From the NCBI GenBank assembly GCA_951406725.2, contig OX597817.1:175770001-175834000 (forward strand): a stretch of 64,000 nucleotides of DNA, given 5' to 3'. Origin of the DNA: Octopus vulgaris. Taxonomy: Eukaryota. The notes below the pieces were generated by a model that saw only the letters and a program-made list of their open reading frames with translations, searched no databases and had not been told where the DNA came from. The position numbers and the translations under genes are program-made. Below, piece after piece: positions 52,311 through 64,000 of this stretch. Positions within the stretch are counted from its first letter, which is position 1; each line of letters starts with the position of its first letter.

Positions 52311-52449
52311 TTAATGAAAGGTAGATTTGAAGGAGACACAAGTGTTCTATGCCATACTGTTATAAGGAAGTAACGCCTGGATTTCATAGAATGGTCTGGC
52401 TGTTGAGTTGATATCTTTGGCAAGCAGTATGGAATGGTTACATGAAAGA

Positions 52450-53620
52450 AGGGCATAAAATATGAAGGATTAGGGAATCCTGCAGAGCATAAGGATGGCA
52501 GTATTCTAGTAGAGGTGAGACATCATGGGCTACCAGCTAGATCCACTGTGTTGAACCCGGCTTGCACTAGACAAAAGAAGGAGAAAAGAGATGTGATTTG
52601 AACTCGAGAGGGAAGCATGAAATGCTTTATCACAGATATGGCAGACAGATGAGAGAAAATAGCCATAGCTGAGAGCAAATACATTATTAATGAGTAATAA
52701 AACAGAATAGGTACTGTACAGTAATAGTAGTTACAGCTGCATGCAGTATGTTGTGGAGGAGACATGGATCATGGAGGGAAGAGAGTATGCGACAGTGTGA
52801 GCCATAACCCTGACATTCCCTGGAGACCTCAATGCTACTTGAAGGGGCATGCCCTGGAATGCAAACTGCTCTAGTCAGAACTGACAGATGAGCAAAAGGA
52901 TTGTTTTTATGAGTCATTTTCACAGACCACCTCCAAAACAGATGTTATAAATAGTAGGTGACTTAAATAGACAGGCTGGACACAAAGGAACTGTCATTGG
53001 TACAAGAAGTAAAATGGTATCAAAACCCTTGGAGTTCTGAAATGCAGAAATAACCCAACCAGAAATTTCAGAATCACCAAACACTCAGACAAATATGCTG
53101 AGTAGACAGACATGATTCTCATAAGGAAACAAAGAAGACTGCTCCTTACAAACACTATTTCCTTGAAGAATGAACCACTTAAAATAGACTAGTAATTAGT
53201 GACTGCAAGATAAGAGCTAAGCTGAATCAGAGACAGAAAACTACTTGGAGAAATTGGAGAAAGAAGGTGTGGAAGCTAAAAATATCCTTCTTCTTTATGT
53301 AACTTTCAAAATGTACAACATGATGATGAGGATGAGGAGGAACTGGAGGACTACAATGTTTCAGTGAGACAACTGCATAGAGAAGCACCATAGTGGCAGA
53401 CAGATGGAGAGAATATGGTGAGGGAATAAACAGTTTAACAGATAGAGCCAAAAATTCTGAGACAGGTCATCTTGAAGGAATTGAGGGAAAGGAGGAGCAT
53501 GGAATACTACAAGGTGGATCAGGGGTGCCTGAGTAGCAAAGGTATGAGATTAGACAACACCAAGAAACAGAAGCCATTATAGTAGCAATAGAAAAGTAAA
53601 AAAAGGAGCCTGGCTCCTTG
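52450..53620 (+). pseudogene. Second decayed RTE-clade LINE copy
   Basis: RVCD, VGDLNR, LEF, DMILIRK, RLVISDCKIRAK and VWKLK remnants in the same order as the 51250 copy. Confidence 0.55.
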
Positions 53621-54239
53621 CTGGTCAAAGGCTGAAATGAATCTATTGGTGATTAAAGGCTAATCAGTCGTGGCCCTCCACTGGGTGAAGTCCAAAATGA
53701 CTGTGTGGACTCTTGGATTTTGATGAAAGAAAGTTCATCATCACCACTACCATCTCACCACAGACATAACTGTATAGTCAAGAAGTTTGGTTCAAAACCA
53801 TGTGTTTAGGATTTGGTCCCACTGTGGTGACATCTTTTACAACAAGCTACAGGTTGACCTATACTTTGTGAGTGAAATTGGCAGATGGAAACTGAAAGAA
53901 GCTTATCATGTATATATTAGTGCATTTATATTTCTCCTCATCGTGTGTGTTCATTGACGGTAAACAAAGGCTTCATTACCATACAAACGGTTTCCTTTCC
54001 TTACAGTCCAGGTTTCCTGATATGTCACGCAATCTTTGTAAACAACAGGCTCATTCATACAACATCATTTATTTCCAGTTATTTGTATAAACATGTCCAG
54101 GTTGTTCATCGTGCAATACACTGGGGGCTTATTACTCTGTATGAACACAGATGAGGTCTGGCATCAGAGAGAGCACCTCATCACAGAAATCTCTGCTTCA
54201 ATGTATTATCATCTGCCCAAGGAAAAATTAATATTAAAA

Positions 54240-54275
<36 letters not shown>

Positions 54276-54321
54276 AGAAATATGTACTTACATATCAGAC
54301 CAAAAGGGTACGGGCGCCGCT

Positions 54322-54950
54322 ATATATATGTATATGTAAAAAAATACAAACTGGGACAAGAACACAAAACATTTAGAAGACGATACAAAAAACTTGGACG
54401 GGACATTCAAATCCTTCAATCTTCAGTCAAGAACCGGATCATCCTCGCAATTTCGGCTGATTAATCTTGAGATCGCTCTGATCTGGCCAGCCCCAAGGAA
54501 AAACTAAGCTACGAGCATTAGATTTCTTGGAAAAAGGATCGAATGAATACGAAACAAGGACAGAAAAACGGACAATGCCGAAAAAGGCATTTTTTTTCCA
54601 AATACGCCAGCTAAACTAAGTTGTACTGTCTATAGTCGTAAGACACCCGCTGTTTTTGTCCTGTTATTACTATTATTGCTTTTTGTATTTATATTCGTGT
54701 GGCATCGTCCGTTTTTCTGTCCCTGTTTTGTATACAGTCGATCCTTTTAACAAGAAATCTAATGCTCGTAGCTCAGTTTTTCCTTGGGGCTGGCCGGATC
54801 GGAACAATCTCAAGATTAATGAGCTGAAATTGCGAGGATGATCTGGTTCTTGACTGAAGATTGAAGGCTTCGAACGTCCCATCCGTATTTTTTGTATCGT
54901 CTTCTAAATGTTTTGCGTTCTTGTCCCAGTTTGTATCTTTTTACATATAC

Positions 54951-54960
<10 letters not shown>
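54322..54960. mobile_element. Inverted pair of ~260-bp Penelope-like pseudo-LTRs within (TA)n
   Basis: 54322-54580 and 54700-54960 are diverged reverse complements; each has ctgaagattgaagg.tt.gaa.gtccc; TA tracts lie on both sides. Confidence 0.75.
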
Positions 54961-54992
<32 letters not shown>

Positions 54993-55860
54993 AAAAAATG
55001 AAGTATATATATATATATACATACATATACAGGTTTCACTCACTGGATTCTGGTTATGCTGGGTCACTAGTTTTAAGGGTGTTAGTTCACCATGTCAAAC
55101 CTAGTACTAATTTCAGTCAGTATTCATTTCATTATTCCTAGTCATAGAGAAAGATAAAAAGAATGAGAGACAGACAAATTCTTTACGAAAAACCATTGTT
55201 TAGACAGGCCAGCTAATCCAAAAAGTGTCTGCTCGATTGTCTTCCAGGTCTCTGGTGTTTACAGTAAAGTGAGAACAATAGCGAACACATGCACACACAC
55301 ATATGTAGTGCAACAAAGCTAGTTATTTGACCCATCCTGATCCGAGTCCATATCTTTGGATAGAATTAGCCAGCCCTTCTGACTTTTCCCTTCTAACAGT
55401 CAAGTGAACGAAGTCTCCTGTCTAGAAATAAATACCACAAAACTCTAACAGAGCACTGCAATTCATGACCCACAAGCAGACGAAGCAAAACTGTCTCTAC
55501 CCCAAACAAAGGCAAGCCAATGACAGAGTATCTATCTGGTCCCACAACTTGCTAGAAATAGCAGCAACTACAATACAAAGGGAAAAACATATTGATAATG
55601 TAGTATAGAGCACAGTAGAAAAAAACCCTGGTATGGTCATGAATGGAATACCTTCAATCATCATAAGTCTACACTAACAGAGCTGATTTGGGACTAAAAC
55701 ATTGGGGGAAAGCAGTTAATCTGATACTGCCTCGATGCTGGTATGGGTTGGAGAAGTAAAATAAAGCTCATAAATATTGTCTTGAATGTAGTTTAATGTT
55801 GGTTAGAGAACATTAATAGGCAATAATGTATGTAAGAGGTAGACACTTGATTCTCTATAC

Positions 55861-56061
55861 CAGTGGTTTTCAACCAGGGTTCCGCCAGTATAGTCCAGGG
55901 TTTCCGCAAGAAGTTACAAAACTGATAAAATCGGCAGTAGTTTTTAATTCTCCTGTGCAGATATGTGTGCATAAGACTATTAAATTATTGCGCAGGGCTT
56001 CCTCGAGCCAGTGGAATGTTTCCTTGGGGTTCCGCTCCAGCAAAAAGTTTGAAAAACACTG
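55861..56061. mobile_element. hAT (Charlie-like) MITE with perfect 8-bp TSD
   Basis: ctctatac|cagtggttttcaa ... ttgaaaaacactg|ctctatac. Confidence 0.92.
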
Positions 56062-57618
56062 CTCTATACTAAAACTAAAATTTAAAGATTTCTGAAGCCC
56101 AGAATGTCAATACCTTGCTCCATTAAGTGTAAGCCCAACTCATGTTCTAGTACCCTTAGTTCCAACCACATCCGAATTATCCCATTTTTTGAGACTAAAA
56201 GGTGTTATATGATAATGATAATTCAAGATAAAAACTACTGCTATATTATTAATAATTTTTGTACGACTAAATCTTCACAACACACTTGTTTACTAGGATG
56301 GCAGAAACAGTTTCCATTTCAATCAGTTGTAATATGAAGGCATGAATTTTTAAAACTAAATCTAATGCCAAGCACTATTCTCTTGATTTCTGTACACACA
56401 TCCTAGGACCTTCTCTTGCAGTATAATAATGAAAGGCATATATTTACTTTCCCTCTTTCATAAATGTCATCATGCTCTTCATAGACATAATCTGAGAGAG
56501 GGTCCTTGGGTGGTGGTTACTACAGAATATAAAGATTTAATTTTAAACAGCTGCACCTCTTTATCATAATAGCAGAATTGTAGGGAAAGTGTTTCAGCTT
56601 TCACAATACATTGCCAATGAATAAATTGAGGTGTGCCATGTCAAAGTTTGGTAATAAAAAAATGTTAAAAATAATGAATGAACAAGTTTGGCATGTTGCA
56701 GGAAATCCAAGCCTCTGTTCATAAACATTTCCAAACAAGAAGAGAAACTGGACCCTTAGTAACTGGAAAATCGGTTCTCTTTCAGTAAAAGTAAAATTAT
56801 AATTTAACCCATTTGTTACCGTATTTTCAATTGAAATACACTGCCTTTGTTTTATTTCATTTTGAATCTGAGGAAGAATTTAGTAAAATAACTTTGTCAT
56901 ATTAAGCTTGTGTTTGGACACATCAAATTTTAATTGAGATTAACCTTAAAACAGGAAGTTTGTATCATAGAATCTGGGGTGATCTCAAACAGGTTGGTAT
57001 CAAAAGTCCAGTGTGGCAGTGCTTAGCTCTGTTAAGAGCATAAACTCTGGGTCCGGAAGACTGCCAGATACAACTAACATGCTATGATGATCTGATCCCT
57101 ACTTCCAAACAAATTAGAGAATTTAACTCAGCTATATAGGGAAAGTATCTGGTCAATGGAAATTATTGATGTTCTTATTTAACAAGGATTTGTCCACAGC
57201 AGAGTTCCATAAGTTAACTGACATGAAGAATTAAGAGTCTAATGATTCGAGATGTTACCATTTGACTGCAAGAGAAGAAAGAGACAAAGTGGTGGCTTCA
57301 TTTTTGTTGTGGATAAGCATATAGGAAGGAATTTAAAGAATGATGTGGGAGTAAGAAGGAGAGTTATGTAGGAGAAGGGAGAGAGGTTGAGGCTAAGAGA
57401 TATGGAGGTAAGGAGTAGGTAAGAAGACCAGAGACTTATATGATTATGTGAGAGTCAAGTGAAAGGCAGCGATGAGCAAGTTACATGAGGGAGAGAGGGG
57501 AAAGATTTGGAGAGTTATGTTAGAGAGAGGAGAAAGGAAAACTGAAGGAGTAGTGTAGGAAGAAAGGCCAAAAGACATGTGTGGGGGAGTAGAAGAAAGC
57601 CAAGACTTGTGTGGGAGA

Positions 57619-57780
57619 CAGGGCTGGCCTTAGGGTTGCTAGCACCCCGGGCAAGCTGAACTTCAGTGCCCTTACAAGTATAAATTTTTTAAAACTTTTC
57701 ACAAGAAGAAAAATTGAAAATGTAAACTAAAAAGTATATGGTGCCTTGGGCAACTGCCCAGGAACCTTGAACCAGCCCTG
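57619..57780. mobile_element. hAT MITE with perfect 8-bp TSD
   Basis: gtgggaga|cagggctgg ... ccagccctg|gtgggaga. Confidence 0.9.
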
Positions 57781-57844
57781 GTGGGAGAGCAAGGGGAAGG
57801 CTGAGAGAGTTATGTAGGAAACAGGGGAAGAGGAAGATCAAGAG

Positions 57845-57978
57845 AGTTCAAATTCCTCCGAGATCAACTTTGCCTTTCATCCTTTCGGTATCGATTAAAT
57901 AAGTACCAGTTATGCACTGAGGTCGGTATAATTGACTTAATCCCTTTGTCTGTCCTTGTGGGCAGTAAAGAAATAAGA
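57845..57978 (+). mobile_element. 5'-truncated Nin/Deu-type SINE
   Basis: gagttcaaattcc...gcctttcatcctttcggtatcgattaaataagtaccag...aaagaaataa. Confidence 0.8.
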
Positions 57979-58639
57979 ATTGTGTGGCAGGGATTGGGGA
58001 ATAAAATTTAACCAAGTGTGAGAGGAATGTGGTGTGTATGTGGGGGGGTCAGAACAATGGTGGAGAGGAAGCTACAACTGAGTCATGTAGAACTGGAGTG
58101 TAATTGTCCAAAATATACTACACTAAAATACCTGCAGAAGCTGTGAATGCAAGACCGCTTGAGTCAAATATCACACTTAGCAGCCCATTTCCTCTTTGCC
58201 TTCCTCAGTTCGGCCAGTATGACTCAGCTTCTCCACAATTTTAAAAATCCACTTACTGTTTTCCTATAACAAGAGGAATTCTTTGTCAACACAAGCACAT
58301 GTTGTTAGCTGCCTTATAAACACTGCTATTATTGATCCTGTCTGTATCTATGTCTTCTTCCAAGCTATCTAGTTGGTATAGCTCACAAACATCTTTTACA
58401 GAAGATTAAGAATTCGATGCATATTGTCATACAATTCACATTACAAACATAAATAAAAGCAGCATTAGTATCCGTTGTGCATATGGCTAGTCAAGCTACT
58501 AATACTGAAATAAAGCTTTTAAAAAATTACAGCAGAAAGCCTAAAAAAATTTTAATTATTTTGTGCCCGATGCAGACTGTAAGGTCCTAAGCTTGTTTGG
58601 CTTATCCTTAAATCTGACACTGATTGCTTTTATTTTAAT

Positions 58640-58975
58640 TCTTTTGCTAGTTTCAGTCACTGGTCTGCAGCCATGCTGGAGCACCCACTTTTAAATAATT
58701 TAGCCAATCATACAAACCATTTACTTGACCATACTGATAGAACTTATCCTTATTTTAACAAGCACTATTTATTGTACTGCTAAGTTACAAAACACAAACA
58801 AACCTAAACACTCATGCACACACACACACACACACTGGGCTTCTGCAGAGTTTCTGCCTACCAAATTAAACTTACAACGCTACATAGAAAACATTTGCCC
58901 AAGGTACTATGCTGTGGGACTGAACCTGAAACCACATGGTAGAGAAGCAACCTTCTTAACCATACCTGTGCCTAA
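58640..58975 (-). mobile_element. Degenerate CORE-like SINE
   Basis: tttcagtca...gccatgctggagcac tail and gggactgaacctgaaaccacatggt head. Confidence 0.7.
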
Positions 58976-60515
58976 ACTAAACAAAGATATTTAGATAGTA
59001 ACTTTTGTTATTTAGGTATAAGTCAACCTCACCAGAGCAAACATACAATAAAAGATATTCCATGCAGTGGGACTGAACCTGGAACCATATGGTTGGAAAG
59101 CAAACTTCTTACCACACAGACACACGACCACACAGACACACGACCACATCCTTCAACACAAGACATATTAATCCCCTTCAACAGCACCTAGACACAATAG
59201 CGATATATGTTCAATCTAGACTTCTGTTGGTTGACACCTGTTGAAAACACTTGGTCAAAGAGACAATTCAAAGATGCTTCATTCTTGGGACAAGTAGTGA
59301 TTAACATAAAGTGATTCACACAAGGATTGGTGAAGGGAAAGCAGAAAACAAGGCAAAGAGAAGAAGCAGCCAATCTATGACCTGGTCACAAGTGACCTTC
59401 AGGATTTGATGTGGAATGCATGTTTAATAGTCACTCTGTCCCATATACATGAGCAATACTCACATGTAAGACATATTTCATTTTTTGTAGAAGCAGCATC
59501 TTAATGAAAGCTAAGATACTTTCTTGCCCAAGACAGAGAAATAGATAGCCTAGACTTTGGAATATTTTTTTCCACAAGTAATTCTTGTGTATGTGAACTC
59601 ACAGTGATGGATCCTTAGAGACTGAGATAGCTAGCATTAGTCACAAAGGGTTTTAATTTCATAGTTCATGTATTGAAAGTATATGGATTTGTTTGTCACC
59701 AGTTAAGACGGTCTGCCAAGGTCAAGATTGGTGCCCTATTAAAATATTTTAAATGAAATCTTGAGATGAATTCACAGCATGGAGTAATCGTCCCCCCCCC
59801 CCCGCCATCTCCATATATAGCTATAACTGTGAATATATCTAAATTATAATAGCCAGCAGGCTTTCAACAATAAATACCGTATACTAAACAGTACATACAA
59901 GAAACCCACCAATTCCCCTGTATTTGAAAGTAAAACCTCTCTCCATTAATCTCACACAATTATATAGGTTGACCTTTTCTAGCTGTCAAAAGCAACTATG
60001 ACCTACCTTCATCCCAATCCCATCTCGTTAGAAATTCTGATTGTTAAAACTTACAATCTCGGCTGTTATCTACAAAACTATAAAGTATAATTTACTCGAC
60101 CACATAGAAATACTGAGAGAAAGAGTGTGTGTGTGTGTACACGCGCGCGCGCATGATTAAAATGAAAATGTTGCCGGAGGTCAATTGTCTCAAACTGAAG
60201 AGAATCTACAAAAGTTTCAATAAGTAATTTAATTATTTAATTAAATATAAACAGTGATTACTTTCGAAAATATTTTTTAGACAAATGTATGTAATCCGTG
60301 TGTTCAGGATTAACGGATTATAAAGAAAATAAAAGCTCGTATACTGAGTCATACAATATTGTTAGTAAAAGGAGGGGTAGGAATTAATAATTCAGCTCAA
60401 ATGAATAAGTAGGGAAGCCCGACGAAAGTTGGGACTTGATTTGAAGGGAAGTAAATTTAACAAACAAGAACAAAAACGCAAAATATGATTGTAACCTATT
60501 TTCTTCATATCTATT

Positions 60516-60554
<39 letters not shown>

Positions 60555-60621
60555 TATATTCATAAATGAGGGTGAAAAATTAGATATTAATTAAATAATA
60601 CTATCAGTTTAACACCAAGTG

Positions 60622-60675
<54 letters not shown>

Positions 60676-60724
60676 CGTGTGTGTGTGTATGTATGTATAA
60701 AGAATAAAGAATACACACACACAC

Positions 60725-60940
60725 GAGTGGCTGTGTAGTAAGAAGCTTGCTTCCTAACCACATGGTTCCAGGTTCAGTCCCACTACATGGCACCTTGGGT
60801 AAGTGTACTGGGCAAAGCCTTGTGAGTGAATTTGAAAGAAGCTGCACTACCACCATCACCATCGTCGCTTGACGACCGATGTTTACGTCCTGGTCACTTG
60901 GCCGTTCGGCAATAAGTTCTGGGGTCGATGGCCGCAGTCA
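60725..60940 (+). mobile_element. CORE-like SINE with internal deletions
   Basis: gagtggctgtgtagtaagaagcttgc...ggttcagtcccact...caccttggg. Confidence 0.75.
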
Positions 60941-63900
60941 GATACACTTTATTGATTGATTGCTTTTATGTCAAGTTCGATATGAAAGCAGTTTAACATT
61001 AAACTGAAAGATTACTCGCTACTTTTTAGTTGTGTTTAAATCTTTTAAAAGGAAACGGTCCTGTGACTTCGAAGTCTCGCTTATATTACTAAAATATGTC
61101 TTAAACATACATAGAAATATACATCTTGATTATAGGAATGTTTATGTATGGCTGGACAATGCAATGAACAGATTTAAAATAGATGATTATTTTTTTAGAG
61201 CGCAAAAAGTAATCAAATGAATTTAAAATTCTGGGAATAATCTTTTTTTAAATATATATCAAAATATTCTCGGTTTATTAATAAGGACCATAAAAACACA
61301 CGTGTTATTATAAACGTTGTAAAACAATTATCTATGGGTGTGCAACAAAACACAATTAGTGTTGGAGAAAGTACCTTGCGGTATTTAGTTGCGGCCCTTT
61401 ATGTTCCGAGTTCAATTCCTGTCAAGGTCAACTTTACCTTTTATCCATCCGGAAGTCGATTGAATATAATACCAGACAAGAACTAGGGTCGATATATTTG
61501 TAAACTAAATTCAACTGTTCATTTCCTTAAAATGAGAGGCCTTTTGCTTAGGTTAGAAATCGATGTAATTTTGCTCTTTTTGAAACTCCATTTTCTTATT
61601 AATATTTACGAGAATTACAAAATAATTTTTACATACAGTTAGCATATTCCTCTTGAAATACACTTCCTTTGTTTCAGATAATTTTCTAAGTGAAGAATTT
61701 AGTAAAATAACTTCATAATTATTGATCTAATATTTGGAACTTAAATTAACAATAAATTTTAGTGGAAGCTGGAGCTTGTTCGGAGCTTAGGACGGTCTCA
61801 GGTTCGATGATATCAAAAGGGTTAGGAATAATAAAACACAGAATAAGCATAGAAACTTGGTCTTAGAAGAAGAAGAATAAGAAGACATCAACAGCCTGAC
61901 AAAGGTTGTTTAATATAGATGAGTCATAAAAATAGCTATAACAAACAATCACAGAAAAATGTTCACAGTATGGCAAAAACATTGAGATTTAACAAGCCTC
62001 AGCGTGATGCTCGATCTGTTAGAAATAGCAGCTAAGTTGAAAATTAAAATCAACGTATTCCGAGATGACCCTAATACACGGAATGTTTAATGCCTTTCAT
62101 CACAGGTTACTTACTCAATCAGGGCCGACCTAGGGTTAAACAACAACAACACTGACATTTAAGGTTGAGGGGAACAATTCGCAATCCTACATTTAGACAC
62201 CAAAATACAAAACAAGAACAATAATAATCAGAATAAAAACAAACCAAGTACAAATAGTTAAACTAGGAAAATTATGGACGTTTCTATTTCGACAGAATAA
62301 AAAGGTGAAAACATAAATAAAAACGTAAAGCAATTTTGTTTTTCGTTTGCTGTTAAATTGTCTTCTTTTCTGGTGTCCGCGAAATGGAATTGTTTACAAA
62401 CCATGGAAACGGCGAGAACATTTATTACTCTTAACTACCAGACACACACACTTTGCAGTTTTAGGCCAAAATAAAATCGCCAGAAAACAAAACCACCCCA
62501 CAATGATCTTTACATATTAATCCTAATGTAGATGCTAAACAATGTAGGTTATTTCAATCAAACTATACATATATACACATATATACATTGATATACACAC
62601 ACACGATTCTGAGTTCCTATTTCAGTTTAATTCCCAAAGAGACTTCCATTTCTGGTTCGTTATTTATTGCATGGACTTTGATTTATATTATGAATAATTA
62701 CCGAGATGAGATGAAGCAGGTTTAATTATGAATGATCATTGATTCATTACCACCAACATCCTATTTTATACATGTGTCTCTTCTCTCTCTCTCTCTAAAC
62801 ACACTAATTACTTCTGTCTGCATCGAAACTAAATCTTGACAGTGAAAGAAACAGAGATATTTTCCGATCTGTTTTGAAATATTCAGTAAACGGACGAACA
62901 GAAATACAAGATATCCATAATAGTGTGTTTGAAGCTTTACAACATTTAATGAACAAACACGAAATTCCATAACAGATGTGGAAGCTAGGCTTGGAACGTA
63001 GGGTATGCATACATACATATACACACACACACACACTCACGGAATAGAAAACACTCAAGCTTAAATGCAGATCCCATATTTCTCCAATAAACAACATGAC
63101 ACGGGGTCACACATCGAACATACAATACATAAATATAAGTCCCTAGGCATATGTATGTATATATGTGTGTGTGTGTGTGTATAAATATACACACATGTAT
63201 ATGTCATATATTCATACATACTTTGTGTTTAATATATATATACATATATATATATATACCGGAGTAAACACATAAATGTGAAACAAGGTGGAAAAAAGAG
63301 TACTCAAATACCAGTGGTAGAGTATATATATATATATATATATTAGGGTGAGGGTTAATACAGTTTCGCACATCTTGAAAAATACATATTTTTTTAAAAA
63401 ATCTTTTCGGATTCCTACGTTTTAGATGTCGGAGATTACGAATATACAAAAATTACTCTTATTTTTTAATTTCACTCCATACCTCTCAAGCATCTGCAAA
63501 CCAAAATTAAATACATTAAAGTGAAAAGAATTTGCGTTTTACATGTTTTTGCCTTAAATAATCGTAAATAATAATTTAATGTCAATTAAATAAATATACA
63601 CCATTTTAAGAGAAACAAGCAATGTTTAATAATTTATGTTATAAAGTTAAATAAGGGGCTCAAATTTCACTCCCTCCCTAAATTTTAATTTTGAACTTTT
63701 TCATCCATTTATTTATATATCTATCTATCTATTTAACCCTGTTCGTTTATTTATAAAATATATTTTGTCAACTAAATGTGGAGGTCCTATACAAGACGGT
63801 GTTGTTTTGAGCCCCAGGAAGACATTCGTATCTCTTGATACACAATATCTATTTGCTTTTGAATGAACAATTTTGAAAATGTGGTTTGTTGCATATTCGG

Positions 63901-64000
63901 AATCTCTCTCATCTAAAACATTGGGAAAGGAAAATTTCGAAAAAGTTCTAAATTTTAAAGGGGCGTTGAAATAAATGGGGTTTTTTTTTCCCCTCTTGCA

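Overview
AT-rich, repeat-dense eukaryotic DNA, most likely from an octopus or other coleoid cephalopod (inferred from the tRNA-derived SINE families and the abundant (TA)n/(CA)n/(GAT)n/(TAA)n tracts). I see no intact host protein-coding gene. Every recognisable ORF is a transposon relic: hAT/Charlie transposase, R4/Dong-type REL endonuclease, CR1-type RT, RTE endonucleases, Tc1 transposases, Helitron Rep-Hel pieces and a Penelope-like GIY-YIG endonuclease. The long Y/I/H-rich ORFs are microsatellite artefacts. Most interesting signals: (1) two genomic palindromes (33141-33221 and 38349-38643), each centred on the extreme 3' tail of an RTE-type retroelement, suggesting snap-back of the nascent cDNA that duplicated the flank in inverted orientation; (2) two well-formed type I hammerhead ribozymes (30343-30439 and 39340-39399) in Penelope-like element ends, plus several variant or decayed hammerhead-like cores; (3) a 63-nt tandem RNA module (hairpin plus compact pseudoknot, with apparent covariation) at the 5' end of a young non-autonomous RTE-like element; (4) a CpG-depleted ~41-60 kb domain hinting at an unannotated methylated transcription unit. 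Coordinates were read by eye, and family names come from motif recall rather than database searches.
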